Below, in pieces: positions 18,565 through 28,127 of a DNA stretch of 64,000 nt. Every line of letters starts with the position of its first letter. The stretch's first letter is position 1. A model generated the notes under the pieces. It was not told where the DNA came from, made no database searches, and was given only the letters and a program-made list of their open reading frames with translations. A program made the position numbers and the translations under genes. This stretch comes from an uncultured Candidatus Saccharibacteria bacterium (GTDB taxonomy: Bacteria; Patescibacteriota; Minisyncoccia; Phycocordibacterales; PALSA-1337). The stretch spans positions 180,140-244,139 of the forward strand of contig CAYWKB010000001.1 in the NCBI GenBank assembly GCA_964459225.1. The letters are read 5' to 3'.

Positions 18565-18635
18565 GCGGGTATCGTTTAGTGGTAGGACACGTCCTTGCCA
18601 AGGATGAGGTAGGAGTTCGATTCTCCTTACCCGCA
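18565..18635 (+). tRNA. tRNA-Gly(GCC)
   Basis: GCGGGTA/TACCCGC acceptor, CGTCC-TT-GCC-AA-GGATG, GTTCGATTC. Confidence 0.95.
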
Positions 18636-18681
18636 CAAAATTATCGGTCAGCTATAGATCAGTCTTATACATTGTTAAAAC

Positions 18682-18711
18682 TGTGGATAACTTTGGGGAT
18701 TATGTTTATAA
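18682..18711 (-). promoter_or_regulatory. Tandem DnaA-box cluster
   Basis: TGTGGATAA (perfect), followed by degenerate TGGGGATTA and TGTTTATAA. Confidence 0.55.
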
Positions 18712-18783
18712 GACAGACAAAAAATGGCTTATAATCGTGTCTTATGTCTTTTTATTATCAACATAATAATCAACAATATAAAA

Positions 18784-19134
18784 ATGAATAATCGTGAAAA
18801 GGGTAATGTTGGAGAGGAAAAAGCCTGTGATTTTATAGCTAATTTGGGTTATAAGATAATAGAAAGAAATCATTTAAGGAAATGGGGAGAAATAGACATA
18901 ATAGCCCTTAAGGACGATGAATTGAATTTCTTTGAGGTCAAAAGTTCAAGTAATAAAACAGACAATGGATATAGGCCAGAAGAAAATGTCCATAATTTAA
19001 AAGTAAAAAGATTAAAAAGGGTAATTGGAACGTATTTAAATGAAAAATTCTCAAAAAATGATATACCTTTTAAATTTCATATTATAGTTGTAAATGGTGA
19101 TGATATAAGTATTATTGATAATGTAATTCTTTAG
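18784..19134 (+). CDS. yraN: YraN (UPF0102) PD-(D/E)XK nuclease family protein
   Basis: KGNVGEEKAC..LGYKIIERN...GEIDIIA...FFEVK; start moved to ATG 18784. Confidence 0.9.
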   Translation: MNNREKGNVGEEKACDFIANLGYKIIERNHLRKWGEIDIIALKDDELNFFEVKSSSNKTDNGYRPEENVHNLKVKRLKRVIGTYLNEKFSKNDIPFKFHIIVVNGDDISIIDNVIL

Positions 19135-19189
19135 TTTTTCTTATGTATATGTTAGTATAAATATCGTTATTGAGTTTGGATATTGAAAT

Positions 19190-19262
19190 CGGAGCGTGGT
19201 GTAACGGCTAACATTCCTCTTTTGGGAAGAGGCGACTCCGGGTTCGAATCCCGGCGCTCCGA
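19190..19262 (+). tRNA. tRNA-Pro(TGG)
   Basis: CGGAGCG/CGCTCCG acceptor, CCTCT-TT-TGG-GA-AGAGG, GTTCGAATC. Confidence 0.95.
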
Positions 19263-19267
19263 CATTT

Positions 19268-19705
19268 ATGTATAAAAAAATAATTAATTTCTTTGATAAA
19301 TTTGAAGACAGTATAAGAATAAAGTTAAGTAGATTTCCTATCGTCTACACAATATTGGGCGGAATAGCTATTGTATTGTTTTGGAGGGGTGTATGGCATA
19401 CTGCAGATACTCTTGAGAGTAAGGGAGGACTCATAGGATTTTTGTTTTCAGCACCGATCAGTGTTCTTGTAGTTACAATAATATTATTGGCAACAGGATT
19501 ATTTGTCTCAAGTTTTATAGGAGATGCTATTTTGCTTTCAGGTTTAAGACAAGAAAAGAAATTACATGAAAAGACAGAAAAGGAGGTGAGGGAAGAAGAG
19601 GCAACACTCAATCAAATACAAAATACTATTCAAGAAATCAAAAGGGAAGTAGATGAGATTAAAAATGTAGTTGAAGATAATTCAAAAGATCAAAATAATA
19701 AATAA
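19268..19705 (+). CDS. Hypothetical membrane protein (2 TM plus coiled coil)
   Basis: GIAIVLFWRGVWHTAD, TGLFVSSFIGD; long ORF. Confidence 0.8.
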   Translation: MYKKIINFFDKFEDSIRIKLSRFPIVYTILGGIAIVLFWRGVWHTADTLESKGGLIGFLFSAPISVLVVTIILLATGLFVSSFIGDAILLSGLRQEKKLHEKTEKEVREEEATLNQIQNTIQEIKREVDEIKNVVEDNSKDQNNK

Positions 19706-19802
19706 GCTGTTTGTTCCAGTCATTTTATTAGCCTTTTGTTAAATATGGCAAAAAATATATATTTCTGATAGTATATTTACTGTAATTGTTTTGAAAATAA
19801 AT

Positions 19803-19873
19803 GCGGGATTAGTTTAGTGGTAAAACTACAGTTTTCCAAACTGTTGTCAGGAGTTCGATTCCCCTATCCCGCA
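19803..19873 (+). tRNA. tRNA-Gly(TCC)
   Basis: GCGGGAT/ATCCCGC acceptor, ACAGT-TT-TCC-AA-ACTGT, GTTCGATTC. Confidence 0.95.
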
Positions 19874-19899
19874 CATTTTGTTCGATATTACTAATGTAT

Positions 19900-20218
19900 A
19901 AAAATAAAACACCCGCTGCCGAAGCATTGGGTGGTGGTAAGATTTTCGTCATTCATCTTGGACGCCTGTTATACAACAGGACCGAACAGACTTCTGTTGG
20001 GGTGGATAAACTAATTTTGTCCCCGCACCCCCGGGACTCTCTGAGCATCAATAATGGGTTGGCACGTTCATTCCTGCTTGATAACCCAAATAACCTCGCA
20101 GGAACTATCGCTGTCATATGATAAGATTGAGAAGGCCGCGAAACGCCTTTTCAACCAAATTGATCAAGTTCCAAAGAACTGTGAATAGAGTCTGTTAATA
20201 ACAACTTACTCTATCATG
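19900..20218 (-). ncRNA. Putative structured RNA or 54-aa small-ORF cassette
   Basis: Promoter TTGACA-16-TATGCT (20224-20251); boxA-like GTTCTTTGGAA; at least five hairpins; terminator CACCC..TTCG..GGGTG-TTTTATTTT. Confidence 0.45.
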
Positions 20219-20263
20219 GTACAAGCATAGCATATCCAAAATATTTGTCAAGTGCTTTCTCCC

Positions 20264-20300
20264 AAATCAAAAACCACCAATTGCTGGTGGTTTTTGATTT
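20264..20300 (-). terminator. Intrinsic terminator after hup
   Basis: AAATCAAAAACCACCA-ATTGC-TGGTGGTTTTTGATTT. Confidence 0.85.
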
Positions 20301-20320
20301 AATTTACTCGAGTGAGTTAA

Positions 20321-20593
20321 TTATTTAACTGCATCCTTCAAAGCCTTTGCTGCTCTGAACTTTGGAACCTTCATAGCTGGAACCTTGATTGATTCACCTG
20401 TTCTTGGATTACGAGCATCTCTTGCTGCTCTTTGCTTTACTGAAAATATTCCAAGACCTGCGATAGATACTTCATCACCCTTCTTAAGAGCGTTTATTAT
20501 TGAGTCTACAACTGTATCTACTGCTTGTTCAGCTTGTACCTTTGTTCCTCCTAGCACTGCATTTACTGCCTCTACTATTGATGCTTTATTCAT
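20321..20593 (-). CDS. hup: DNA-binding protein HU
   Basis: MNKASIVEAV...GIFSVKQRAARDARNPRTGE..VPKFRAAKALKDAV. Confidence 0.96.
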   Translation of the reverse strand: MNKASIVEAVNAVLGGTKVQAEQAVDTVVDSIINALKKGDEVSIAGLGIFSVKQRAARDARNPRTGESIKVPAMKVPKFRAAKALKDAVK

Positions 20594-20721
20594 AAATTAT
20601 TTTTACAAATTTCTATTAATTCTTCTAATGTTTCTAACCTCGGTATAATTATATAATAAGCCAGATATTACGCAATGCCGAAAAAATTACACAATACATA
20701 AAGACATACTACCAAACACTA

Positions 20722-20749
20722 TTGACAAATCTATAAAATATGATAAGGT
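20722..20749 (+). promoter_or_regulatory. Sigma70-type promoter
   Basis: TTGACA-16 (ending TGA)-TAAGGT. Confidence 0.65.
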
Positions 20750-20826
20750 ATTAGGAGAGTAAAAATCAGCCGTATAGAAGTACGGTTTGATAAGCTCGAT
20801 GAAAATTAACGTCGGAATCGAAGTTT

Positions 20827-21267
20827 ATGAACACCAAAGAATTCCTCAGAAAAACATTGGATGTATTTATCGGCACAATGCTTATTGTGGTGACTCTCGT
20901 TATTTTTACAGCCGTCTTATTCCCTTTCTTCGTTAGTGCCCCCAACGATGCTATGAGAAAGGTCCAAATCTTTTGTGCTAACAGATCCTGGAGTGGTGCG
21001 CCAGTTAATACTGTGATACAGGCTATACCCTATAAGGTTATAGCCGAAAAAGGTTCAAGGAATAATACTGTTATCGTTAGAGCGACTCAGCAAATGAAGG
21101 AACAGGGGTTGTATATTTTAGAGGCTGTAACACATGAAAGTTTAAGTGTTGGCCAGACAGTTGTGGTCGGCGTGCTAGGGTCACCGGTTGAATTTTGCAT
21201 TGCATATGCCGTAGATGTCGATACACTTAAGGGACTCGCCCTAACCAACAAGGCGATTGAAAAATAG
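20827..21267 (+). CDS. Hypothetical membrane-anchored protein (stand-alone cassette)
   Basis: N-terminal TM; own promoter and terminator; GC-richer than flanks. Confidence 0.7.
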   Translation: MNTKEFLRKTLDVFIGTMLIVVTLVIFTAVLFPFFVSAPNDAMRKVQIFCANRSWSGAPVNTVIQAIPYKVIAEKGSRNNTVIVRATQQMKEQGLYILEAVTHESLSVGQTVVVGVLGSPVEFCIAYAVDVDTLKGLALTNKAIEK

Positions 21268-21300
21268 CTACAATCCCGTAAAAAAAGGAATCAAAAACAA

Positions 21301-21338
21301 AACCGCCCAGAGTCACAAGCTCTGGGCAGTTCTTTTTT
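21301..21338 (+). terminator. Intrinsic terminator (probably bidirectional)
   Basis: AACCGCCCAGAG-TCACAAG-CTCTGGGCAGTT-CTTTTTT. Confidence 0.8.
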
Positions 21339-21366
21339 ACTTTTTTATTTTCTAATTTACGTATTT

Positions 21367-22896
21367 CTATCTCGCAAACTCTATAACTCTGGTCTCGCGT
21401 ATTATAACTACTTTTATTTCTCCCGGGTATTTTAAATCTTTTTCTATTTTTAATGCTATATCTCGCGCTAACTTTTTTGCTTCCAAATCTGTTATCTTTT
21501 CTGGTGTTACGAATACTCTGATTTCGCGTCCTGCTTGTAGGGCATATGACTTTTCAACTCCATTAAATGAATTCGATATTGCTTCTAGATCTCCTAATCT
21601 CTTTAAATAGTTTTCGACACTATCATGTCTCGCTCCTGGTCTTGCACCTGATATTGCATCTGCTGTTTGAACTATGCGTGATTCCACTGTTTCATATGGA
21701 TATTCCTCATGATGTGCCTGCATCGCCTTTACTATTTCTTCATTTGCACCAAATTTTTGTAGTATTCTCCTACCGATTTCCACATGTGTTCCTGAAACCT
21801 CATGATCAAGTGCCTTTCCAAGGTCATGTAATAGGGCACCTGCTTTGGCTACTGCTACATTTGCACCTATTTCTTCGGCTATCATACCCGCTATATGTGC
21901 CATTTCGATTGAATGTTGCAAAACATTTTGTCCATAACTTGTTCTAAAATGTAATCTTCCTAATATAAGTAGTATTCTAGGGTCTAAACCTATCACTCCG
22001 CATTCATATGCTGCTTGTTCACCTTTTTCCTTAATTGTCTTATTTATATCTAATTGTGCTTGCTCTACAACTTTTTCTATTTTTGCTGGCTGAATACGGC
22101 CGTCTTTGATTAATTCTTCAAGTGCAAGCTTGGCTACATGTCTCCTTACTGGATCAAAAGATGAAATTGTTATTGTTCCTGGGGTATCGTCAACTATTAG
22201 CTCCACTCCTGTAACTCTTTCAAATGCTTTGATATTTCTTCCTTCTTTACCTATTATTTTGCCCTTTATTTCATCACTTTGAATTGTCACTGATGTAGAC
22301 ATAATGTCACTAGCAACAGAATTTGCTAGTCTTTGTATTGATGCTGATAGTATTTCCTGAGCCTTTTTTTCTAATAATTCTTCGCCATTTTGCTCTAATT
22401 TTTGTATTTTTACCAATATATCTTCCTCAGCATTCTTTTCCACTGTCTTAATTACCATTTCTTTTGCTGTTTCAGCGTTTAGACCAGCTATTTTTTCTAA
22501 TTCTATTACCTTATCCTTTTCTAATTTTTCAGCACGATCACGAATAGCCCTGATTTCTACGGCTTTTTCTTTTATTATTTCTACTTCCTTGTCTATATCT
22601 GCCTGTCTTTTATCGAGAATATCCTCCTTTTTTATTAATCTAGACTCTGTTTGAAGTATTTTTTCTTCTTTTTCCTTTATTTCTGTCCTTGCTTCCTCTA
22701 AAAACTTTTTTGACTTTGTATCTGCATCACTTATTATTCTTTTTGCTTCTTCTTTTGCGGTGAGAAGCATCTCCTTGATTTCTAGCTCCATTGAGCCCTT
22801 TTTACCAAGAGATATTATGAGTCTTAGGTAATAACCGATTGCTACACCAGCTATACCTGCAATACTCAGGAATACCGCTACTAATTTTAATGACAT
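21367..22896 (-). CDS. rny: Ribonuclease Y
   Basis: N-terminal TM, coiled coil, KH (KGKIIGKEGRNIK), HD (LLHDLGKA), RTSYGQNVL. Confidence 0.97.
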   Translation of the reverse strand: MSLKLVAVFLSIAGIAGVAIGYYLRLIISLGKKGSMELEIKEMLLTAKEEAKRIISDADTKSKKFLEEARTEIKEKEEKILQTESRLIKKEDILDKRQADIDKEVEIIKEKAVEIRAIRDRAEKLEKDKVIELEKIAGLNAETAKEMVIKTVEKNAEEDILVKIQKLEQNGEELLEKKAQEILSASIQRLANSVASDIMSTSVTIQSDEIKGKIIGKEGRNIKAFERVTGVELIVDDTPGTITISSFDPVRRHVAKLALEELIKDGRIQPAKIEKVVEQAQLDINKTIKEKGEQAAYECGVIGLDPRILLILGRLHFRTSYGQNVLQHSIEMAHIAGMIAEEIGANVAVAKAGALLHDLGKALDHEVSGTHVEIGRRILQKFGANEEIVKAMQAHHEEYPYETVESRIVQTADAISGARPGARHDSVENYLKRLGDLEAISNSFNGVEKSYALQAGREIRVFVTPEKITDLEAKKLARDIALKIEKDLKYPGEIKVVIIRETRVIEFAR

Positions 22897-23056
22897 ATGC
22901 GAATATCAATTCGCGACCTGACCGTATATTATCCTTGTATTTATTGAATTTTGAATTAAGTTTGTCCTGAATTTCTGAATATCTGTATAACGCGGTAATT
23001 AAAAGTCTGTTTGCGAACCGAAAAATTAAATTTATAACAAAATAACTGTATCACAA

Positions 23057-23626
23057 TTATAAAACCTTGTCTATAATTCCGTACTTTTTTGCTTCTTCTG
23101 AGTCCATAAAGTAATTTCTATCTACGTCTTTTTCAATCTTTGATAGTGGCTGACCTGTGTTTTTTGAAAGCATTTTATTTATGTTTTCTCTTGTTTTTAA
23201 GATATGCTTTGCGCTTATCTCAATATCTGATGCTTGTCCCTCCGCACCCCCTAATGGTTGATGTATCATAACTTCAGCATTTGGAAGGGAATAACGCTTA
23301 CCTTTTTGTCCTGCTGATAGTATAAGCGCACCCATAGAAGCGGCCATACCCACGCATACTGTTGAAACATCATTTTTAATATTGTTCATAGTATCAATGA
23401 TTGCAAGACCTGCTGTTACTGATCCTCCTGGTGAATTTACATACATTGTTATGTCCTTTTTTGGATCTTCAGATTGCAAAAACAATAACTGTGCAATTAC
23501 GATATTTGCTATATTGTCATCTATTGGGCCTGCAAGGAAAATGATATTTTCCTTTAAAAGTCTTGAATAAATATCATAGGCTCTTTCACCCATACTTGTC
23601 TTTTCTATTACGGTTGGTATTAACAT
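23057..23626 (-). CDS. clpP: ATP-dependent Clp protease proteolytic subunit
   Basis: [25 protein letters not shown]. Confidence 0.98.
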   Translation of the reverse strand: MLIPTVIEKTSMGERAYDIYSRLLKENIIFLAGPIDDNIANIVIAQLLFLQSEDPKKDITMYVNSPGGSVTAGLAIIDTMNNIKNDVSTVCVGMAASMGALILSAGQKGKRYSLPNAEVMIHQPLGGAEGQASDIEISAKHILKTRENINKMLSKNTGQPLSKIEKDVDRNYFMDSEEAKKYGIIDKVL

Positions 23627-23692
23627 ATATTTTAAATTTTAAATTGTTTAATATTGTCATAATACCCCAAGTTTCATATTTGGCAACTTCCC

Positions 23693-24415
23693 ATGTTTCA
23701 TAATGGGTATATAATTATGTTTATGAAATTAAATAGATTTTATACCCCCGAAAAGCTTGGAGGCAAAACCTCGATTACTCTTTCCCAGATCCCATTTATC
23801 AATCAAATTAAAAATGTTTTTCGGTTTACAAAAGGTGATGAAGTTATATTATTTGATAATTCTGGCTTCGATTTTCTTGCGAAGATAGAAAATTATGAAA
23901 AGGACACTGTTACTCTTTCAATTGTGAAAACTACAGAAAACACAGTTATTCCTCTTAGAGAAACATATTTGTTTTCTTCAATTGTTAAAAAAGATAATTT
24001 TGAATGGATAGTTGAAAAAGCAACTGAGTTAGGTGTTTCGCATATTGTTCCAATTATTTCTGCTAGAACAGAAAAGAAAGATTTAAATATTGAAAGAATA
24101 CAAAAGATAATTACTGAAGCAGCAGAGCAAAGTGGCAGGGGAACATTGCCAATACTTTATGAAGTTACTGATCTTGATTCTGCACTAAATAATTATGCTC
24201 ATATACAATCTATAGCATGGCATACTGGAGCAAATAAATTTGTTACACAAGATGTCACAACTGCAATTGGTGCATACATTGGTCCTGAAGGTGGATGGTC
24301 AAATGAAGAATTAGAATTATTCAAAAAGCATGGTGTTCATACAAGATCACTTGGCCCACAAATACTACGTTCTGAAACTGCTGTTGTTGCTGTGCTTTCA
24401 AGACTGGTATTTTAG
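23693..24415 (+). CDS. rsmE: 16S rRNA m3U1498 methyltransferase
   Basis: EKATELGV, EAAEQSGR, IGPEGGW, LGPQILRSETA; start probably 23717 or 23723. Confidence 0.94.
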   Translation: MFHNGYIIMFMKLNRFYTPEKLGGKTSITLSQIPFINQIKNVFRFTKGDEVILFDNSGFDFLAKIENYEKDTVTLSIVKTTENTVIPLRETYLFSSIVKKDNFEWIVEKATELGVSHIVPIISARTEKKDLNIERIQKIITEAAEQSGRGTLPILYEVTDLDSALNNYAHIQSIAWHTGANKFVTQDVTTAIGAYIGPEGGWSNEELELFKKHGVHTRSLGPQILRSETAVVAVLSRLVF

Positions 24416-24523
24416 AAAAGACATTTTAAAAAATGTTTTACAAATAAATAAACAAAAAGCGATTCCCAACTGGTATCGCTTTATGTTTTATGAAACTTTT
24501 ATTTGCTAAACTATCTGTACTTT

Positions 24524-25615
24524 TTATTTATTATTTTCTAGGAATAAATAAACTTTTTCATTTGTAAGTACTGTCTCTGCATATGTGTATGCTTGTTCTG
24601 GATCAGCATCTTTATAATGATCTAGTATATGTTTCACTTCTTCCTCTATGTCTTTTTTGTCGGCTACTATGTTTTCGGTTTCACTAATCTTATTTAATAT
24701 GAGTTGTAGCTTTGCCTTTTTTTCTGCATGTGGTTGCCATTCCTTTCTTATTTCTTCTATTGTCTTTTTTGCATGCTTTAAATAATCTTCTAGTTTCACA
24801 CCCATTCTAGCTATATCATCTGTAAACTGCGCCTCTATTCTTCTTAGTTCTGAATCAATAAGTATTTGAGGTAAGTCTATTTGTGTTTCAGAAATTAATT
24901 TATCAGAAATTGCTATTCTCTTTTTTTCTTTTGCTTGATATTTTTTGTCTTCAATTAATGAGAGTTTTATTTTTTCTTTAAAATCATTTACATCTTTGAA
25001 GTCACCAAGTGATGTTACAAATGCATCATTTAATTCAGGTAGATTTTTTTCGATTTCTTTATCATGTTCTTCATCTGTCATTTTGTCATGATCATGGTGA
25101 CTGTGATCTACTCTACTTCTTCTGATTTTATTTATTGCATCTTCAATTTCTTTTTCTGTAACTTCGAGAGACTCTTGTTCTTGTTTTGAAAATTCTTTTG
25201 AGATTTTATTGTAATCTGCCAATTTAATTTCTGGCATAATAGCTGTAGTGATTTTAAATTCAAGGGGATTATCTTTTGCAATTTTTGTGATATTGATTTC
25301 TGGTCTTCCAATCACATCTAGTTTTTCATTTACCACTATTTCAGGATATGCATGTGACAATGCTATCTGTGCCATCTCTTCGAGTATCATCATTTCACCA
25401 ACTTTTGCTATTAACATTGCCTCTGGAACTTTACCTTTTCGGAAGCCGTCTATGGTGACTTCGTCATTGATATTTTGTAAAGCTTCAGTACGGAAACTTT
25501 GAAATGCAGATGAGATTATTTCACCTGTGATTTCGACCTTACTCTTGTCTAATTTATTGACCACTATATTTGAAGTGATGGTCTTTTTGTCCCCTTTATT
25601 TATATTTTTTTGCAT
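24524..25615 (-). CDS. tig: Trigger factor lacking the FKBP PPIase domain
   Basis: IDGFRKGKVP ribosome-binding loop; PELNDAF; only 363 aa. Confidence 0.92.
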   Translation of the reverse strand: MQKNINKGDKKTITSNIVVNKLDKSKVEITGEIISSAFQSFRTEALQNINDEVTIDGFRKGKVPEAMLIAKVGEMMILEEMAQIALSHAYPEIVVNEKLDVIGRPEINITKIAKDNPLEFKITTAIMPEIKLADYNKISKEFSKQEQESLEVTEKEIEDAINKIRRSRVDHSHHDHDKMTDEEHDKEIEKNLPELNDAFVTSLGDFKDVNDFKEKIKLSLIEDKKYQAKEKKRIAISDKLISETQIDLPQILIDSELRRIEAQFTDDIARMGVKLEDYLKHAKKTIEEIRKEWQPHAEKKAKLQLILNKISETENIVADKKDIEEEVKHILDHYKDADPEQAYTYAETVLTNEKVYLFLENNK

Positions 25616-25662
25616 GAATCAAAGTCTATCGTATTAAAATATTTTGGCAAGTTTTATAATAG

Positions 25663-25711
25663 AAAAACAAAAATCACCACGATCATTGTGAAGGCGGTGA
25701 TTTTTGTTTTT
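25663..25711 (-). terminator. Intrinsic terminator
   Basis: AAAAACAAAAATCACC...GGTGATTTTTGTTTTT inverted repeat. Confidence 0.75.
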
Positions 25712-25726
25712 AATTTTGATTAATTT

Positions 25727-26023
25727 TTAGAAACTATAATCAATATCTTTTAATTGGGCATCAAGATCAGCATTCAATGAATCTGAATCAGTTCCTGAAG
25801 ATAGGTTTGCTGTGTTTTCGGTATTTGTAACCTTTTCACTTGTAACTGTTTCCTCTGAAACGTTTGGAGTTGTGTTTAATTTTTGACTAAAGAAATATAG
25901 TGAAGCGATAACTATAACAAGTACTATTACAAGTACACTAACTATTGGACCTATTTTCTTTTCATTTTTTGGAACTGGTGGCATACCATTCATCATGCTA
26001 CTTGGGTTTATATTATTATCCAT
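25727..26023 (-). CDS. Small membrane protein
   Basis: GPIVSVLVIVLVIVIASLYF TM; co-oriented with the upstream gene. Confidence 0.75.
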   Translation of the reverse strand: MDNNINPSSMMNGMPPVPKNEKKIGPIVSVLVIVLVIVIASLYFFSQKLNTTPNVSEETVTSEKVTNTENTANLSSGTDSDSLNADLDAQLKDIDYSF

Positions 26024-26029
26024 ATTTAA

Positions 26030-26809
26030 TTATTTTATTTTATTAATAATTTCAACTACCTTTTTAAGTGAATCACGAGCTTCCTTTACTGACTTGATTG
26101 CCACGTCTCCTAATGTTCTTGGCTTTTCTAGATCAACTTCAGTATTACTTGCATCTGTTCCTGTTGTTGTCTTGTCAGGTATTACGATATTAATATTTTC
26201 AAATACTGATATACCTGTCTTTGCTGCTTCGAGATTGTTTTTTGCTTTTTCGAATGCTGCCTTTGCCTCTGTTACATCCTTACCGTCTGCCTCAAGCTTT
26301 GATATTCTCTCTGATATTCTTCCTGAAATATTTGTTAAGTTTTCGACTGAAAGTTTTAGCTCCTTGATTAGGGCACTTTTCCTTTCATCAAATATACTTA
26401 CCTTCATCTTTTTAACCATATCTCTCTTTTCATTCATCTTTGCCTTAAACATTTGATTTGGTGTTGTTGTCGCACCATCCTTTCGCATTTCCTTTCTTTC
26501 TTCTCTCATGTCTTTTATCTCGCCCTTCATATCCTTTCTTGCGTCTTTGATATCATCTCTAATATCCTTGATATTTTCCTTTCTTTCGTCCCTTATATCC
26601 TTTTTTTCATCTCTTATATCCTTCCTTTCTTCCATTATGCCTTTCTTTTCAATAAGTCTGTCATTTCTGATTTCCTTATTTTTTTCTATTCTATCCTCTA
26701 TTTTTGCCTTGATTGGCATTACTGCTGGCTTTTCCTGTGCATTTGCAGTATAAGCGCTTGCTGAAATTGTCAAAACCATTGCAAATGCAATTGCTTTAAG
26801 ATATTTCAT
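26030..26809 (-). CDS. Secreted coiled-coil protein
   Basis: Signal peptide MKYLKAIAFAMVLTISASAYTANA; K/D/E/R heptad repeats (KDIRDE). Confidence 0.8.
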   Translation of the reverse strand: MKYLKAIAFAMVLTISASAYTANAQEKPAVMPIKAKIEDRIEKNKEIRNDRLIEKKGIMEERKDIRDEKKDIRDERKENIKDIRDDIKDARKDMKGEIKDMREERKEMRKDGATTTPNQMFKAKMNEKRDMVKKMKVSIFDERKSALIKELKLSVENLTNISGRISERISKLEADGKDVTEAKAAFEKAKNNLEAAKTGISVFENINIVIPDKTTTGTDASNTEVDLEKPRTLGDVAIKSVKEARDSLKKVVEIINKIK

Positions 26810-26942
26810 ATTATTTGTACTATTAAATGTCATTTTATTGTTAATTAAGATTGATAAAAAGGCTACTAGTATATGAAATTAAATAACCTTGCGACTATTA
26901 TATCACAAGGTTATTTAATATTTGATACTATACTATGCTGTA

Positions 26943-28073
26943 TTATTGTTCTGTAGTTGTACTTGCAGGATTCGATTGAATGTCTATTTTCCAACCTGTT
27001 AATTTGGCTGCTAGTCTCACATTTTGACCTCCTTTACCTATTGCTAATGACTGTTGATCTTCAGAAACATGCACAATTGCACGCTTTTCAGTATTATCTA
27101 GGTCTATTTTTAGTATTTTAGCAGGGGATAGTGATTCCTGAATAAACTGTTCTGGCTTTTCATTCCATTGAATTATATCGATTTTTTCACCTGAAAGTTC
27201 ACTCATAACAGTTGAAACTCTAACTCCTCTTTGTCCAACCAATGATCCAATAGGGTCAATATGACTATCTTTTGAAAATACAGCTATTTTTGATCTAGAT
27301 CCTGCTTCACGGGCAACTGCCTTTACTTCTACAGTTCCTTGAGCGATTTCTGGAGCCTCGATTTCAAATAATTTGGCTAAAAACATAGGATGTGAACGTG
27401 AAAGTTTCAACATTATGCCTTTTGGAGACTCTTCAACTGCGTATAGATATGCGCGTATTCTCTCACCTTGCTTGTAATGCTCGCTCGGTATTTGATCTTC
27501 ATAACCTATTATACCCATAGCTCTACCCATATCTATAAATATAGCCCCTCTTTCCATTCTTTGTACTGTACCTTGTACTATTTGACCTTCTTTTTGACCA
27601 TATTCACTCAAAACTGAGGTTTTTTCGGCCTCTCTTATCTTTTGAATGATAACTTGCTTAGCTGTTTGAGCCGCTATTCTTCCATAATCACCCTTTTCTT
27701 CAAGAGGGAAAATGATTTCATCGTCTATTTTTGCGTCTTTTTTGATCTTTTTTGCATCAGCAAGCAAAATATGATGTTCAGGATTAAATCTAACTCTTAT
27801 ATTTTCTTCTGCTATGTTTTTTAAATCCTGCTCGTCTTCTTCATCTTCCATAATTACCTTTGTTTCATCAACAACGATTTTAACCTGGTAAAATTCAACT
27901 TTACCACTGTTATTGTCAAAAACAGCCCTAACAATCTGGCCTTTTTTGCCGTATTCCTTTTTATATGCTGTTGCAAGAGCTAACTCTATAGCTTCTAGCA
28001 TCTTTTCCTTTGGAATTCCTCTTTCTTCTTGTAATTGTTCAAGAACAGAGTGTATAACTTTTAAATCAAACAT
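26943..28073 (-). CDS. nusA: Transcription factor NusA
   Basis: GRIAAQTAKQVIIQKIREAE, AREAGSRSKIAV, SLAIGKGGQNVRLAAKLTGWKIDI. Confidence 0.98.
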   Translation of the reverse strand: MFDLKVIHSVLEQLQEERGIPKEKMLEAIELALATAYKKEYGKKGQIVRAVFDNNSGKVEFYQVKIVVDETKVIMEDEEDEQDLKNIAEENIRVRFNPEHHILLADAKKIKKDAKIDDEIIFPLEEKGDYGRIAAQTAKQVIIQKIREAEKTSVLSEYGQKEGQIVQGTVQRMERGAIFIDMGRAMGIIGYEDQIPSEHYKQGERIRAYLYAVEESPKGIMLKLSRSHPMFLAKLFEIEAPEIAQGTVEVKAVAREAGSRSKIAVFSKDSHIDPIGSLVGQRGVRVSTVMSELSGEKIDIIQWNEKPEQFIQESLSPAKILKIDLDNTEKRAIVHVSEDQQSLAIGKGGQNVRLAAKLTGWKIDIQSNPASTTTEQ

Positions 28074-28097
28074 TTTGTTTATTATATTAATTTTTCT

Positions 28098-28127
28098 AAA
28101 AAAATAGCCCGCTCACCGAGCGAACTT
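28098..28127 (-). promoter_or_regulatory. nusA leader terminator/attenuator hairpin
   Basis: Minus strand AGTTCGCTC-GGT-GAGCGGGCT-ATTTTTTT between a TGG-TATATT -10 and the ATG. Confidence 0.6.

Noticed and set aside
19894-20121. 75-aa plus-strand ORF
   Set aside because: Antisense to the promoter/terminator polarity; no motif
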